Source: Amoebidium appalachense
Lineage: Eukaryota > Protista > Ichthyosporea
Direction: 5' to 3'
DNA: 64,000 nucleotides
NCBI GenBank assembly: GCA_963693365.1
Contig: CAVNZM010000010.1
Location: forward strand, 2,666,001-2,730,000
The notes below the pieces were generated by a model that saw only the letters and a program-made list of their open reading frames with translations, was not told where the DNA came from and made no database searches. This document shows, piece by piece, positions 38,794 to 61,708 of the stretch. The stretch's first letter is position 1; each line of letters opens with the position of its first letter. Position numbers and translations under genes: made by a program.

Positions 38794-39862
38794 TTTAAAC
38801 ACTTGGGGCCTGGCCCCCTGCCCCCCTAGTGCGACTACGTTACCGCAAACATTCCCGTATTCCAGTGTGCTCGGCAATGCTGCTCATGGCCTTCCCGGAC
38901 TGGTTGTGACCAGTAAAGAGCGCGCCAATTCCTGACCGCCGCCTACAGCAGTGTATGATCTGTTATCCATATTCGGCAAAAGGGGTCTTGCCCAACCAAT
39001 GGCTTGAATCCTTGTAACTTTGCTTTATCCATATAAGGTTAGCTGAACACCCCCCCCTCCAATCATACCCCCCCCTTCTCTCTAGTAGTAGCTCCTGGCA
39101 TGCCGCACCCCCCCCCAACACATAGACTGACCCTAGCCTCGTTTCGGACTCGGACGCAGACGGCGTAAATTTCTTTTGGCGGCACATAGCACCATAAAAG
39201 GTTATCATGCCATAGACCAATCAGGCTCGTGTCTCGCACATTCCTTCATGGGTGAGCACCCAATAAAAGCCAAGGCCTTTACCTTATGAGTGCACGAAGC
39301 CACGCTGCACAGTCTGTCTGTCTGCTACACACGGCAAAAGCTAAGCTTCCGGGCTTGTGTTGCTGTGTAGGGGCCCTATGTGTCAGACGGCCTCCCTGTC
39401 TCGAACCTTTCTCAAACTGTGGCTGCTCTTTCCCACTGCCACCCGGTACATGTCCAAGCATTCACAGCCAGCGCCTTGTGTGCCGGTCAGGGTGTGCGGA
39501 GTCAGGGAAGTTGCCACAGACAACGAATAGCTGAAAACTTGTGTGGTTGGGGGCTGAACCGTTTCTTCTTGCCGAACACCCAGCCACTAAACCACCCACG
39601 TGGCTCATTTTTACGTCGTCACCACTGAAGCTTAAGCTCTCTCTTTTTCCGCTCAACGCTTCCAGCATTCTGGGCGAGCTACAACAGCCAGCTACAACAG
39701 CCTAGGTTTTCTTCGCGTGTCCGTCATAGCGATTAGACGTTTTCCAGTGCGCACGCGCCCCATATACACACACAAGCTGTTTATGGCAGAACCACACAGT
39801 ATTTTCCTGCAGTTGCTGCCACGCGTTCATTCTAAGGACCCCCGGGGTCGGCGACCCCAGGG

Positions 39863-49006
<9,144 letters not shown>

Positions 49007-50600
49007 GGGGCAACGTGTAGGCCAGACACACAGACATGCACACAGTCACACACACACATCACACACATACACACACACGCACATCACACACACACACATA
49101 CACAGGCGCACACATGCACACGGATAAGCAGTAGCCATTGGCACACCAGAGGCACCTAACACACGGGTACCCGCACACATTTGTGTGTGCACCGGTCCAA
49201 CACCTGACCACAACAGGCATACACAAGACACCCACATGCACGCTAAGCGAACATAACACCGCACAGTATTTACGCGCGATTGACGGGAAGCACGACTCAA
49301 AACAAACTATTCGAATGCGAGCCCGTGGATGGGTCCGATGTAAAGTAGTGGGTTGGGTGAGGTTGGGTGGATAAGACTGGCTAGAAACTCTTTCTCTCTG
49401 TTCGTGAGACGAGCAAGAACTACTCACGTGCACACAGAGCAAACATATCATGTAGTTTCTCATCGTGCTGGATCTACTTAGGTTAGTCAGTTTTAGTATC
49501 CTTGAAATGTGGCAGTCTGCCACAGATTACAATCATTATCATGTAAAACTAGTTGTTCGAATTTTAGTTAAGTAGCGATAATAGCTATATAAGCCGTGCA
49601 TATAGGATGCCTTCATACCACCGTCTTATGTTTTACTAGTTGGTTAGCATTGGCATCCATACATATGCCAGGGTGCAAACTTAAATTCACCCTGCTTCCA
49701 AACCACGCATGTTATTATGTAACCGTTGTGTATCTTCCTTGAACCAAAGTTAATTATTCGTGGCAGCCATACAAACACATGGGTCCACGTGCACCACAAC
49801 ACAACAATCAGCCATGGGGCACATGAATGCTGGCCGTGGCTCCGATGATCCACTGTCCGCAGCATGACTTTCACGAAGCCAATTGCAAGCTGCCATGGCC
49901 ACCGAGGCCGTTCAACCCATATGCATGCTGCTTGTAGCTAAGAGAAATGTGCTTATCGCGACCAGCACATGTACACACACATACTTGCGCACACACAGGG
50001 CCAGATCCTTGCAACCAACTGGCCCTTGCCGAGCAAGATTCGATTGCCCATATGTCGCCTGCACAAACGAAAGACACCCTGCAGTACTTCTGTAGTGATG
50101 TATATGCCCGTGTGTGCCCCAACCCAAAACACCCCATCCGGATCCACTGGTACGTTTATTGATAAACTTAAGCCGGCCATACAAATCATCGATAGCACCA
50201 ATAGAGGCTTCATCATATATAATCAAATTAGCGGACAAACCACACCTAATTCTAATCACACAGCATGATAGTAACCATGTTAATAACCAATGTGTACCTA
50301 CATAAGCATAATATCTAATATACTATATACTGTAACGGCAAATAGAATAATGCACCAAGGCTAATCTTTAATGAATAATTTAAGTTCATAAAAAAAGACG
50401 CACCTCTAGCTCTAATCATCAATTTCATTAATTAAGCAGCGTTAACAACACCGTCACCTACAACTAGGGTAATATAAATATTCAGTAACATTGCCTCGGT
50501 ACACGAATACATTCATGATTGACCATTACTGAACATTGCAGGCATGCACCAAAACCCCATATATCTTTGTCATGCCTGATCACCATCACCACAATCCCAT

Positions 50601-50637
<37 letters not shown>

Positions 50638-50746
50638 CCCCCTTCCCCCCTCTCCGCCTGCCCTCTTCTCCTCCCCCCCCCCCCCCCCCCCCCCTCACCC
50701 ACCCACCCACCACCACCACCACCACCACTCTCCGTGCATGGGCACA

Positions 50747-51122
50747 CTACATGGCCGGTGGCCCCTTGCTTGGCACGGGGCTTGCATCGGCAATCTCCCT
50801 CTCTGCCTGGGCCAGGAAGGCACTGCTCAGCAGGGTGTGCCGCACAAACAGGTCACGCAGCATCCCCCGCCAGCCCCCGTGTGCATGTGTGATGTAGCCC
50901 AGCAGCCGTGCCATGTCCACCATGCGCTTGGTGCGCTTGTGCCTGTGTATTTGTGTGTGTGTGCGTGTGTGTGTGTGTGTGTGTGTGGGGGGGGGGGGGG
51001 GTGCGTGTATGCGTGTGTGCGTGTGCGTGGGTGTGTGTGAGTGTGTGCGTGCAGAGGTGTGTGCGTGCGCGCGTGCGTGTGTGTGTCTGTGTAGGGGTGT
51101 AGGGGTGCTGCGGTGTGTGTGT

Positions 51123-51153
<31 letters not shown>

Positions 51154-52844
51154 GGGAGAACTGGGGGTTGAAATGGTGCGCGTGAGCGCTGGGATAAGTC
51201 AGGTGTAGTAAAAACGATCCGATGTCCTGATACTCCTGGCTGATGATAGTTTTTTTATCACTGGTTGCTTTCATAGTCTGTGCACTGCATATGCATGGCA
51301 AGCAGTGGTGCCCAGTTTTGATCGTATCAACTGGCACTTGACACTGCATACCACAACCCTACATGTAAGGGATACCTGAAAGCATCTGCGCTCGACCTGG
51401 CCGTGTGCCTACACAAACATCTTCCATCATGCTATTGATATGCCTATGGATTCTGACAGCCTGAAACACCCGAGGGGAAGGAGGGAGGGAGGGCGGAAGG
51501 GCGGGCGAAGGGGGGTAGGGGTGGGTGGGTGGGTGGGTGGTGGGGGGGGGGGGACCGGCCACACCACTGTCGCCCCGAGGCTCTCGGCCTGAAGCTGCCA
51601 ACACGATCTTTATCTGTTTCCCTTTTCTTTCTTTCTTTCTGAATCCCCCAAAGGAGGTGTGTGTGTGTGTGTGTGTGGGGGGGGGGGGGGAGGGGGGGGG
51701 GAAGGGGGGGCGGGGGATGGTGTGTGTGTGTATGTGTGTGTGTGGGGAGGGGGGCGAGGGTACTTAACCTCTTGTTGTAGTATTCCTCGAGGGAGGGAGC
51801 CAGCACATAGTTGTGATCGTGCAGTGCCTTTGCAAGTACCACGGCATCCTCTATGGCCAGGTTGGCCCCCTGGCCCACATAGGGCAGGGTGGCGTGGCAG
51901 GCATCCCCCAGCAGGCATACCCTGCCCCGGTGCCATGTGGCCTTGTGCCGCCGCCAGAACAGGCCAAAGTGCAGCAGCCGACCGGGTGCCGTGTACTGTG
52001 CGCACGTGCGCACCACACTGTCTGCCGGGTATTGGCTGAGTATCAGCTGCTCCAATAACTCCTCCGTCTGGCCTGTCTCGGCCCCCCACTCGTCCCTGCG
52101 TGGGGGTGTGCTGCACTTGTACGAGTGTGCCCACACCCAGAACCGTGCGTCCTGGCGCAGGGCATAGGCCACAAACTCGCCCCTACCATACATGACCACC
52201 AGGTTGTGTGGCTTCAGCACGTCTCCCTGCAGCACATCACCCACTAGCTGCCTGTCTATGACCCCGTAGAAAACATTCTCGTTGGAAAACACGGGGTCGT
52301 CGTGGTCTGCCCCCAGCACGTGTGCACCCACCGTCGAGTTAACCCCGTCAGCACCTACAACAAGGTCAGCCTCGAAGGTGCGGCCACCCTCCACGTGCAC
52401 ACGTGCACCGTGCGTGTGCTGGTCCACCCCCACCACCTTGTGCCCGTAGCGCAGTTCGTCCTTTTCCAGCTGGACTGCCAGCAAACCTATCAGGTCTGAG
52501 CGCTGCACACCTGTCTGGTAGTAGCCGTGGTTGCGGTACAGCTGCTCCAGGCTGGTGTGGCCCCATACCTGCTGCGTGTCTGGGCGCAGCACCACTAGTT
52601 GGTGCAAGGGGTTGAGCAGTGGCCTAAGCTTGTCTGTCAGGCCCAGGGAGTCTAGGCACAGCTGGCCGTTGACCGACAGAGAGAACCCAGCCCCAACAGT
52701 GGACTCAAAGCCCTTTGCCCTCTCCAGCACGGTCACGGCTATCCCCCGCTGCTTGAGTGCTACGGCCGTGGTCAGGCCCCCAACCCCAGCACCCACTATC
52801 AGCGCAGACCGCACACGTGCTAGGCCCGAAGCCGCAGCAGCCAT
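50747..52844 (-). CDS. FAD-dependent monooxygenase (class A flavoprotein aromatic hydroxylase); 2 exons, 52844-51769 and 50942-50747
   Basis: IVGAGVGGL (GxGxxG), VVGADGVNS (DG motif), LLGDACH...[11 protein letters not shown] (GD motif). The splice junction gives YYNKR|HKRTKRMV. Confidence 0.93.
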
Positions 52845-53271
52845 GGTGCCCTCCTGGACTGTGGGTGTTTGTGCCCGTGTCTACCTTGCAGAAATAGTGT
52901 CTTCCTACGTCCAAGGGTGTGTGCGTGCCTGTGCACTTGCACCATCACCCCTTGCCCGTCGTGAACAACGCCTGCTCAGGGGATCTGACCAGTGGAGTTA
53001 CAGGTTGCTTGTGAGTGGCGCGGCGCTATGTGTACCTACAGTGTCACAGCACGCCTATTGAATATGTTGTCAACATAGAGCGGGTTATACACAGTGGAAG
53101 GGCCAAAAATGTTACGCTATAGTTTACTGCCAACGCCTGCTCATACTGTGACCGTCAATGACCTAACGTACTGTACTACGGCTGTAGCTACAAGTAACTG
53201 CAGTACGGCAGAACCATGTTCGCTTTCGAATTCTGAAATTTTGTTTGATATCGATGATGCATGGTTGACGA

Positions 53272-53360
53272 GCTCACATGTGAGCCGTCCATGACGTCAT
53301 GAGCCACACGGTGAGCCTCATCGTGCGCACAAAACACAGGCCGAGCATGATCATGACTCA
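53272..53360. promoter_or_regulatory. Palindromic bZIP/bHLH-type sites in the divergent monooxygenase/P450 promoter
   Basis: GCTCACATGTGAGC (53272-53285), CATGACGTCATG (CRE, 53290-53301), and CATGATCATG overlapping TGACTCA (AP-1, 53354-53360). Confidence 0.45.
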
Positions 53361-53469
53361 ACCTGTATATATTTTAGTTTGTTTTGCCTCTAGACCACTT
53401 CATACATACGTATACGTGCCGTGCTGAACACACATCAGCTGTGCGTGCGCTGCAGGGACCGAGCCAGCC

Positions 53470-55051
53470 ATGTGGGTCACCGTGGTGCTGGCCGGCGGCG
53501 CCGCTGTGGCGCTGCTCGTCTATGCAACAAGGAGGCGGCCCCCTGCAGAGGGCATACCCATCGTGCCGGGTGGCGAGGGGGTGGGTGTCCTAGCGTAGCC
53601 GTGTGCAGCATGCCGGCGGGGGTGGCTATAGGTGGTACGGGGGGAAGGGGGGGGAGGGGGGGGAGGGGGGGGGGGGGGGGGGGGGGGGGGGAGGGAGGGA
53701 GCACTGCTGTGTTGTTTATAAATGTCCATTGTGCGAAACAACCACCAGAGAGTTAATGGGAAGGGAGTTACGCGGGTGCTAGGGGATGGTATTGACAAGT
53801 GTGGCTGCAGCGCCTGGGCCATATGCGGACGGTGCTGGGGCACTTCCAGCGGGGTCAGATCTACAAGTTCCACGAGCAGTGCTTCAAGCAGTGTGGGCCC
53901 TTCTACGCCATACGCAGCCTGTGGGGTCACAACTACGGTGTGTGTGATGCAACAGTCATACGTGAGGTGCTTAACAACATGGAGGCCTTTGGCGTGCCCC
54001 CCACACTCAAGAGCACCATAGAGCACGTCAACAAGGGCAGCCTTCTCATCATGGAGGGTGACCCATGGCGGCGGCAGCGCAAGCTCCTGCAGCCCACGTT
54101 TGGTGCCCCCCAGCTGCGCCGTGTGCACACCATCACCCTGCAGTGCGTGCCCTCAGCGTGTGTGTGTGCGTGTTTGCTGGGTGTGGGTGCTGACAGGGCG
54201 GGCAGGGAGGCCGACCTGCTTCTGGACACGTGGGCCCAGGCGGCCGGGGGCCGTGTGCTTGGGCTGGAGGGGCTCAAGGGGCTGACCATGCAGGTGATAG
54301 GCCAGCTGGCATTTGGGCTGCGCTTTGACGAGGGCACCAGCCATCACTCGGCCGTGCCGGCAATATTCGTGGGCCTTAGCCGCAGAGTGGCCCTGCCCTT
54401 TGCCTTTCTCTGGTGGTGCGTGCTCGTGCTTCCCCGCCTGCACAAGCACACACCATTACAAAACTAAACACCCATTGCTTGCTCCTTCCCTTTGCTGCAC
54501 TGTGTTGTTAGTGTCCACCCGCCAACCCTTTCCAGTCCTGACGTGGTTTGAAATTTTTTTTTTGGTTGTTGGGTCAGGTTCCTGCCAGACCGGCGTGAGT
54601 TCTGGGGGGCCGTCAGTACTATCCGCAGTGTGGTCAGCGACATACTGGAAAAGAGGGCCGGCCAGCACAGCGGGGGGGACACAGCTGCCGTGCCTGATGC
54701 TGTATGTCTGTCATGGCTGCTGGCTAAAGGCACCGCGTGCTTGCCTTGAGCTGTGTGTTGGTTGAATACGGGGGTTTCCTGCAGCAGAGTTGTTGCTCCG
54801 GGGGGAGGGGGGAGGGGCCCCGTGGGGGTGGGGGGGGGGGGGGGGGGGGGGTTCTGTGTAAGGCCTCACCTTTTTTCTCTCTCTGGCCTTTTTGGATTTT
54901 TCTTTTCTTTTCTTTTCTTTTCTTTTCTTTTCTTTTCTCTTCTTTCCTTTCCTTTCCTTCCTTCTTTCTTTCTTTCTTTTTTTTTTTTTTTTTTTTTTTG
55001 CATTTTCTTTTTCTTTTTCTTTTTTTTTTTCTTCTTCTTTTTTTTTTTTTG

Positions 55052-55090
<39 letters not shown>

Positions 55091-55330
55091 GGGGGGGGGG
55101 GGTGAACAGGGCTGTGTTTGTGTGCGGACCCCTAGATGTGTATAAGTAAGCAACTACAGGCATTGGTGGTTGTGCGTGCGTGGATGAGGGATAGGTGCAT
55201 TGTAGTGTTGACTGTGTGGGAGGGCAGATCGACAACATGCTGGGCACACGGGAGACGGAGGGGGTGACGGGGCTGAAGGGGCTGACGGATGAGGAGGTAC
55301 TGGGGGCTATCTTCACCCTGTATCTGGCAG

Positions 55331-55386
<56 letters not shown>

Positions 55387-55406
55387 CCTCACTCTGCATC
55401 TGGCAG

Positions 55407-55492
<86 letters not shown>

Positions 55493-58400
55493 CGGATCAC
55501 ACACCGAATCACACACACACACTGGATCTCACAGGTACACACACACGTGTGCGCACGCACACACGGAGGCTGTCTGGCAGGCACACACATGTGCGGCCAC
55601 AAGTGTACCCTTTATCTGGCAGACACACACACGCACGGTGTCGTGCACCCACTACCTGAGAGGCATACAGGCACTCACACATGAGCCCCCTCTGCTTGGC
55701 CGCAGTTACATGCACCCGTGTGTACACACTTCGTATCTAACAGATACGGACACACACACGACACACACACACACCCTCACATACTCGTGAGCACCCCGTG
55801 CACCCTTTTCTTACAGGCACAATGTATACGTAAACTCGTCATCTGGTCAGTTCATGCACATGAAGGTACAGACACACATATACACACATACACACACATC
55901 CGTTTGCACACACACTCACACTGCTTCAGATCCCTTCACTGGGTTGCGCACCCTGGCTTCTGCTTGTATGTAGCCCTTATCTGTCGCACATGGTGCATAT
56001 CTCGGTGGGTGTTTGTTTTCTGCAAAACAGCTGGGCCCCTTTTAAGCCTACATACAGTGGCTAGCGCCCATATATGGCTAACATGGCAGGTGGTTAGCGC
56101 CCATATATGGCTAACATGGCAGGTGGCTAGCGCCCATATATGGCTAACATGGCAGGTGGCTAGCGCCTATATATATGGCTAACATGGCAGGTGGCTAGCG
56201 CCCATATATGGCTAACATGGCAGGTGGCTAGCGCCCATATATGGCTAACATGGCAGGTGGCTAGCGCCCATATATGGCTAACATGGCAGACGATGGCAGC
56301 ACACTTATTGGTCGGTGCAGGGCACGAGACGACATCCAACGGTCTGTTCTGGTGCCTCTACTGTCTGAGCCAGAACATGGAGGCTCAGGTGCAGCTGCAG
56401 GTGAGCGCACACACAGGCAATGCACACAGTACACGCTAACCACGCACTTACCCCACACACATATGGGTGCGTCTTTGCAAGGCACTTGGCACGTGGTTCG
56501 AGTGTGTGTGTCCTTGGTTTCCTGAGCAAATCATGAGGGTTTGTGGGAAAGGGAATAAAGAGGGTGTTCATGGTGTAATTGTGCAACTTTTTCACAGATG
56601 CTGTGGCTTTTTGGCACACCACATAAATGGATGTGTGTTGGTTTTGTGACTTGCCCTTGTGTGGGTCCTAGACCCAAGCAATCCTCGGTGCACACCCTCT
56701 CTTCTCTTTAAACATAAACACACAGTGCACAATTTGTTTTCTCGTTCACCGTGGGAGAGGGGGGAGGAGAATCGAGGATATGGGGGATTGATTAGAGTAC
56801 TTTTTTTAACCCATTTCTGGCCGGAGCAGAAGGAGGTGGATGAGATGCTGCAGGGCAGGCCGGCAACATACGATGAGATACTGCAGATGGTGCGTGTGTG
56901 TATGAGTGTATGTGTGCAGGTGCATGGAGGCGTACATGTGCCCGTGAATATATGTGTAGATGTGCAGGTGCATGGAGGCGTACATGTGCCCGTGAATATA
57001 TGTGTAGATGTGCAGGTGCATGGAAGCGTACATGTGCCCGTGAATATATGTGTAGATGTGTAGGTGCATGGAGGGGTACATGTGCCCGTGAATATATGTG
57101 TAGATATGCCCGTGAATATATGTGTAGGTGTGCCCGTGAATATATGTGTAGGTGTGCCCGTGAATATATGTGTAGATGCGCAGGTGCATGTGCCAATGGG
57201 TGTACATCTGTGTAGATTCACGCGTGTCGTTGTCTGTGTGTGCCAAGAATACTGGTTGCCAAGGAACAATGCACACGGCTTTTCGTTCTCTTTTGTTTTC
57301 TATCCTCTGTCCCCCCCTCCCCCACCCCCCCCCCCCCCCTTCCCCCCACCACACCAATTTCCCCAAAATACAACGTTTCATGTCTCTTCTTCCATCTTAT
57401 GATCTCTTGCTTTTCTGTATTGTTGCACGGTCCAGCAACCCCCTCCCCCCCTCACCCCGCCCCCGTACTGGTTTTGCGCTGCAGCGTTACTTGGAAGGTT
57501 TCATCAAGGAGACATTGAGACTCTTTCCGCCAGCCATGTCGACGTATGTGCCCCCCACAACACACACGCACGCACGCACACACACACACGCACACACACA
57601 CACACCCTGCGGTACTAGTTACGCACACAATTGCTAAACAAAAAAAAGAAGGGATTATATGAAAGAAAAGAAGAAAAATAAAAAAGGAACGAGGAGATGG
57701 AAGGGCAAACACATTACACCAACAGTTTACGAATAGGTTTATTTGTTCCAAACTGAAGTACCACGAGTGTGTATGGACTGTGGACATATCATGCTTGATT
57801 CGGACTGCCTCGTGGCTACAAACACCAAGCCACCTGTGCGTGCATGCACGTCCCCCCCCCCCTCCCCCCTCCCCCCCCCCCCCCCGGCCCACGCACACAC
57901 AGACACAAGTCCATGCATGTATGCGCCTGTGTGTGCCAACCCCCCCCCCCCCCCCCTCTGGTCCCCTTGCATTCATGCGCATGTCTGTACCCCCTCTCCC
58001 CTGCTTCCATGTGCCCGTGCATGTGTGTGCATTGATGCTCACTGCGTGTGCGTGTGCCCACGCCCTTCTCTCAGCAAACATGAGCACGTGCATGCTGTGT
58101 GCCCCACTGAGTACATGTGGCTGCAGGGTGCGTGTGGTCAAGCACCGCACGAACCTGGGCCCCTTTGTGGTGGGCAAGGACGACTATGTGGTGCTCAACA
58201 TCTTCCTGGCCCACCGTGACCCGAAGTACTACACCGACCCGGACCGTTTTGACCCGGCTAGGTGGCTGGTAAGTGGCGCGTGTGCTTGTGCGTGGGCGTG
58301 CAGGTGCGCACACTGGTGGGCGTGTGGGTGGTGGATTGGTGGAAGAAAGGGGATTTTTTTTTGGGGGGGGGGGGGGGGGGGGGGGAGTTGAGAGGAATCG

Positions 58401-58936
58401 CTATGTATGTGCCTGTTGATTGGCTGTTGCTGTGCTGTGTGCCTGTTTATTGGCTGTTGCTGTGTTGTGTGCCTGTTGATTGGCTGCCACATGGCTTGAC
58501 GGTGCCTTTGTAGAACGAGGAGGAGGGCAAGGGTGCCTTCTTCCCGTTTGGGCACGGCCCCAAGAACTGCATCGGCTGGAGGGTGGCCATGGCCGAGATG
58601 CGCTGCTTCGTGGCCCGCCTCATGCAGGTACCCACGTACCATGCACCCTAAAGGCCCACACATCATACACATGCATGCGCACACGTAACCACACAGCTGT
58701 ATGCACACAGCTATACTTCAAGCACACACCTGTGCACACACCTGCACGTGCACACGGACACATTGCAGGTGCACACCATGCCTGCATGCGATTGACGGTG
58801 GTGTATGCAGCGCTTCACGGTGAGCCTGGATGCAGACCAGGCTGCACTGGTGGTGCCCTTCCAGGCCATCACGCTGTCGTGCCACAACCCCGTGCACTTC
58901 ACAATCACCCCCAGGCACCAGGCCCCAAGCACATAG
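53470..58936 (+). CDS. Cytochrome P450, membrane-anchored, about 11 exons
   Basis: N-terminal anchor MWVTVVLAGGAAVALLVY...PPAEGIP, EGDPWRRQRKLLQPTF (WxxxR), LYLA|GHETT (I-helix), KETLRLFPP (ExxR), PDRFDPARW (PERF), FFPFGHGPKNCIG (heme Cys); stop TAG at 58934-58936. Confidence 0.95.
55314..55630 (+). repeat. Degenerate reiterations of the P450 exon end plus donor site
   Basis: CTGTATCTGGCAG|GTACACAC is re-echoed as CTGCATCTGGCAGGTACACAC, GATCTCACAGGTACACAC, CTGTCTGGCAGGCACAC and TTTATCTGGCAGACACAC. Confidence 0.7.
56057..56289 (+). repeat. 33-bp tandem repeat x7 in a P450 intron
   Basis: Unit GTGGCTAGCGCCCATATATGGCTAACATGGCAG; contains a CArG-type motif, a CTAAC branch-point motif and a terminal CAG. 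Confidence 0.92.
56912..57192 (+). repeat. 48/24-bp tandem repeat in a P450 intron
   Basis: TGTGCAGGTGCATGGAGGCGTACATGTGCCCGTGAATATATGTGTAGA x4, then 24-bp half-units x3. Confidence 0.88.
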
Positions 58937-60407
58937 CCCAGCCACCGTGGGGGGGGTTTCTTCTTTTCCTTTCGGGTGTGGTGTACAGAGGATTCTTTTG
59001 CTGACACCATCTTTGAAGATATGTATTTGTTTTCTGGTGGAGGTTCAGAGGCATGGCCATAGTCACTATACGGTATGGCCTGCAGAGTTTTTTGGCACCA
59101 TGTCGACCCCAGATAGTTATGGAGGATAGGAGGGCATGTCGTTGCATATGCATACCTGTGTAGGTGGGTCACATGTATCGTACCTAATTATGTAGCTGGT
59201 CGGTGCTACCGGTATATCAGGTGAACTGATTATGATTTGGATATCTTAGCATAACTCGTGTAGGCTCAATTTGCAGACATTGTCCCAATATCAACGAACA
59301 TTACAATAACTACTTCAATATGTCTAATGCGGGTAGTGCTACTCACTAACATATCGGGAGTGGTGTGGGTGACCATATAGCATGCATGGGCACGGCATAT
59401 GTGGCAGAGGGTTTTTTTGTTGTGTTTTAGCATTCAGATAGTGGTTAACGTTCTGGAAATGAATGAATTATTTATACTATCGTTTTATAGCATATTGATT
59501 GGCTTGGCAGCATGTTTGTTCGTACATACATCTAAAATCATTATGAAGTTTCGAGTACTTGAATGTCGCTTCACGTGCAGATGATTTGCAGTGTGAGTTT
59601 CGTAAGTAAACCTTCTTCAGTTATCAGTACAGGGGTGTGTAAGTAAACGATTTGATTTTGCAGGCGAAACATTTATACGTAACGAGTATACATTTGCAAG
59701 TGTTGAAAACTTTGAATAAATGATTTGCAGGGTCCGGTGTTGTTATAATACCATTTGTGTGTACATGTACGAGTGTATTGTCCCGTACGCGTGCACGTTC
59801 TATGAATGTGCGGGAGAGTCGACTAGTGATTATTTCGCGGGTGTGTTGCAATTGCCGGGTACGGGAGTCTGCATGAGTGCTGGATTCAGGGTCTGCAGTT
59901 TGTGTCACAGCGTGAGCCAGAGAAGTCTACTTTTGAATATCCGGGTGCATGTTCACACCTACACGGCCTATGCATTTACATTCACGCCGTAGATTCATTT
60001 ACAGGTAGCCAAGCTGACACAGTCGTGCTTGTTTTTGCCCCCCTCCACCCCGCACCCCTTTCTTGCATATGAACACCCTCGATCTAGCCGGGGCCACAAG
60101 TCCCGCAGCCACCTGGCACCCTACCCCCCTGCCTGCTACCTTGCCATAGTTATGTCTGCAGCTGGCCATGCCACCACTATCAGCCACACTGCCACACACA
60201 CACCACCACTAATAGTCTACAACACAGCCACCACTACTTGCACACCACTAACTGGGGCAAAGGAATAGCCTGGAGGGGCCCGGCGCCTCAAACGAGTGGG
60301 ACCATACATGCATGTGTTGACTCAACCCCTCCAAGGCTGGGCCTGCACCCATAACCGGCCAGGCCCATGCATCGTCCTACGTGCCATCCATCCACCCCCC
60401 TATGCTG

Positions 60408-60608
60408 CTATTGGGTGCTTGACCGGCCAAACATGGACCCGACCAGCCGCTTGAGCCTGGCCACTGGGCCCAGGGCCTGCTCTCTGAATAGCTCCTGGCC
60501 GGAATTGGACAGCACCCGCCCGTAGTTGGCCGTGTCCGTGTTGGTGGCTGCAATGTCACGCACACGCGGGTACTGCCAAAACCGCCTGCTGTCAGAAAGC
60601 AGAACGGA

Positions 60609-60658
<50 letters not shown>

Positions 60659-61310
60659 AAACACGCACACACGCACACGCACACGCACACACGCGTCCGC
60701 GCACACGAACACACACACACAACCACTCACCCACACAGTACCCAACGAAGGAAGCCCCCCCCCCCCCCCCCCCCTCCCCCCCCTTCCCCCCCCCCCCCCC
60801 CCCCCCAAAAGACAAATACTAAAAACACACTGCATCAAACAAGCATGTGCTCAAAAGGGGCCGGCCAAACACACACCAGGGCATAGCAATACCCGTGCTT
60901 CGTTCGAGAAAAGGGAAAGCACAGGAGGGAGGAAAGAGATGACCAGAATAAAGAGCAACACAAAGGCAAGGGTAAGGCATGAGAAGACGACGGTGGCACA
61001 GAAGAGAAGGAGAGCACCAAATAGACAGTTGCAGCGGGGGGGGGGGGGGGGGGGGGGGGGGGGAGAAAGAGAGAGAGACAGAGAGAGAGAGAAGAAAGAG
61101 AGCGAGGGAGGGAGAGGGGGGGGGGAGGGGGGAGGGGGGCAAACAGCTGACCAAAAAAAGCACCCACAACGGAAAACGCAAAAAGTCGTCAGAATATATA
61201 ATGCTTAGGGGCCATCGAAACTAAAAATAAAGATTCGCTTCAAGAGAGCAGGGGGCAGGTAACTGGGGAGGTTTTCTTTCTTTCTTTTTTCTTTTTTTCT
61301 TTTCTTTTTT

Positions 61311-61341
<31 letters not shown>

Positions 61342-61612
61342 GGGGGAGGAACAAGGAGGAGGGGAAGCTCGGGCAGTGGGGAAAGAATAAAACGTGCGCA
61401 GCAGGAAAGAGGTTAAACGTTGGGTAAAATAACCTGGAGTGACTCTAAAAAGTATTAAAAGTAAAAGTCGTAAAAAGGGAGAGAGGGGGAGAGAGAGCGT
61501 GTGAGAAGGTAAGGGGGGGGGGGGGAAGAGAGGGGCAAAGGGGGGAGGGGGAAGGGGAGACAGACAGACAGACAGACAGAGAGAGAGAGAGAGAGAGGGA
61601 GGGAGAGAGAGG

Positions 61613-61708
<96 letters not shown>

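Noticed and set aside
28760-39240. Search for TIRs and TSD of the DUF6729-type element
   Set aside because: No convincing inverted termini found by eye; only a weak direct similarity (CCCC..AATCAT.CCCCC) at about 29580 and 39055.
59624-59992. Cys-rich 90-aa ORF between the P450 and UQCC2 genes
   Set aside because: No motif pattern; the Cys richness follows from TG-rich 3' intergenic sequence.
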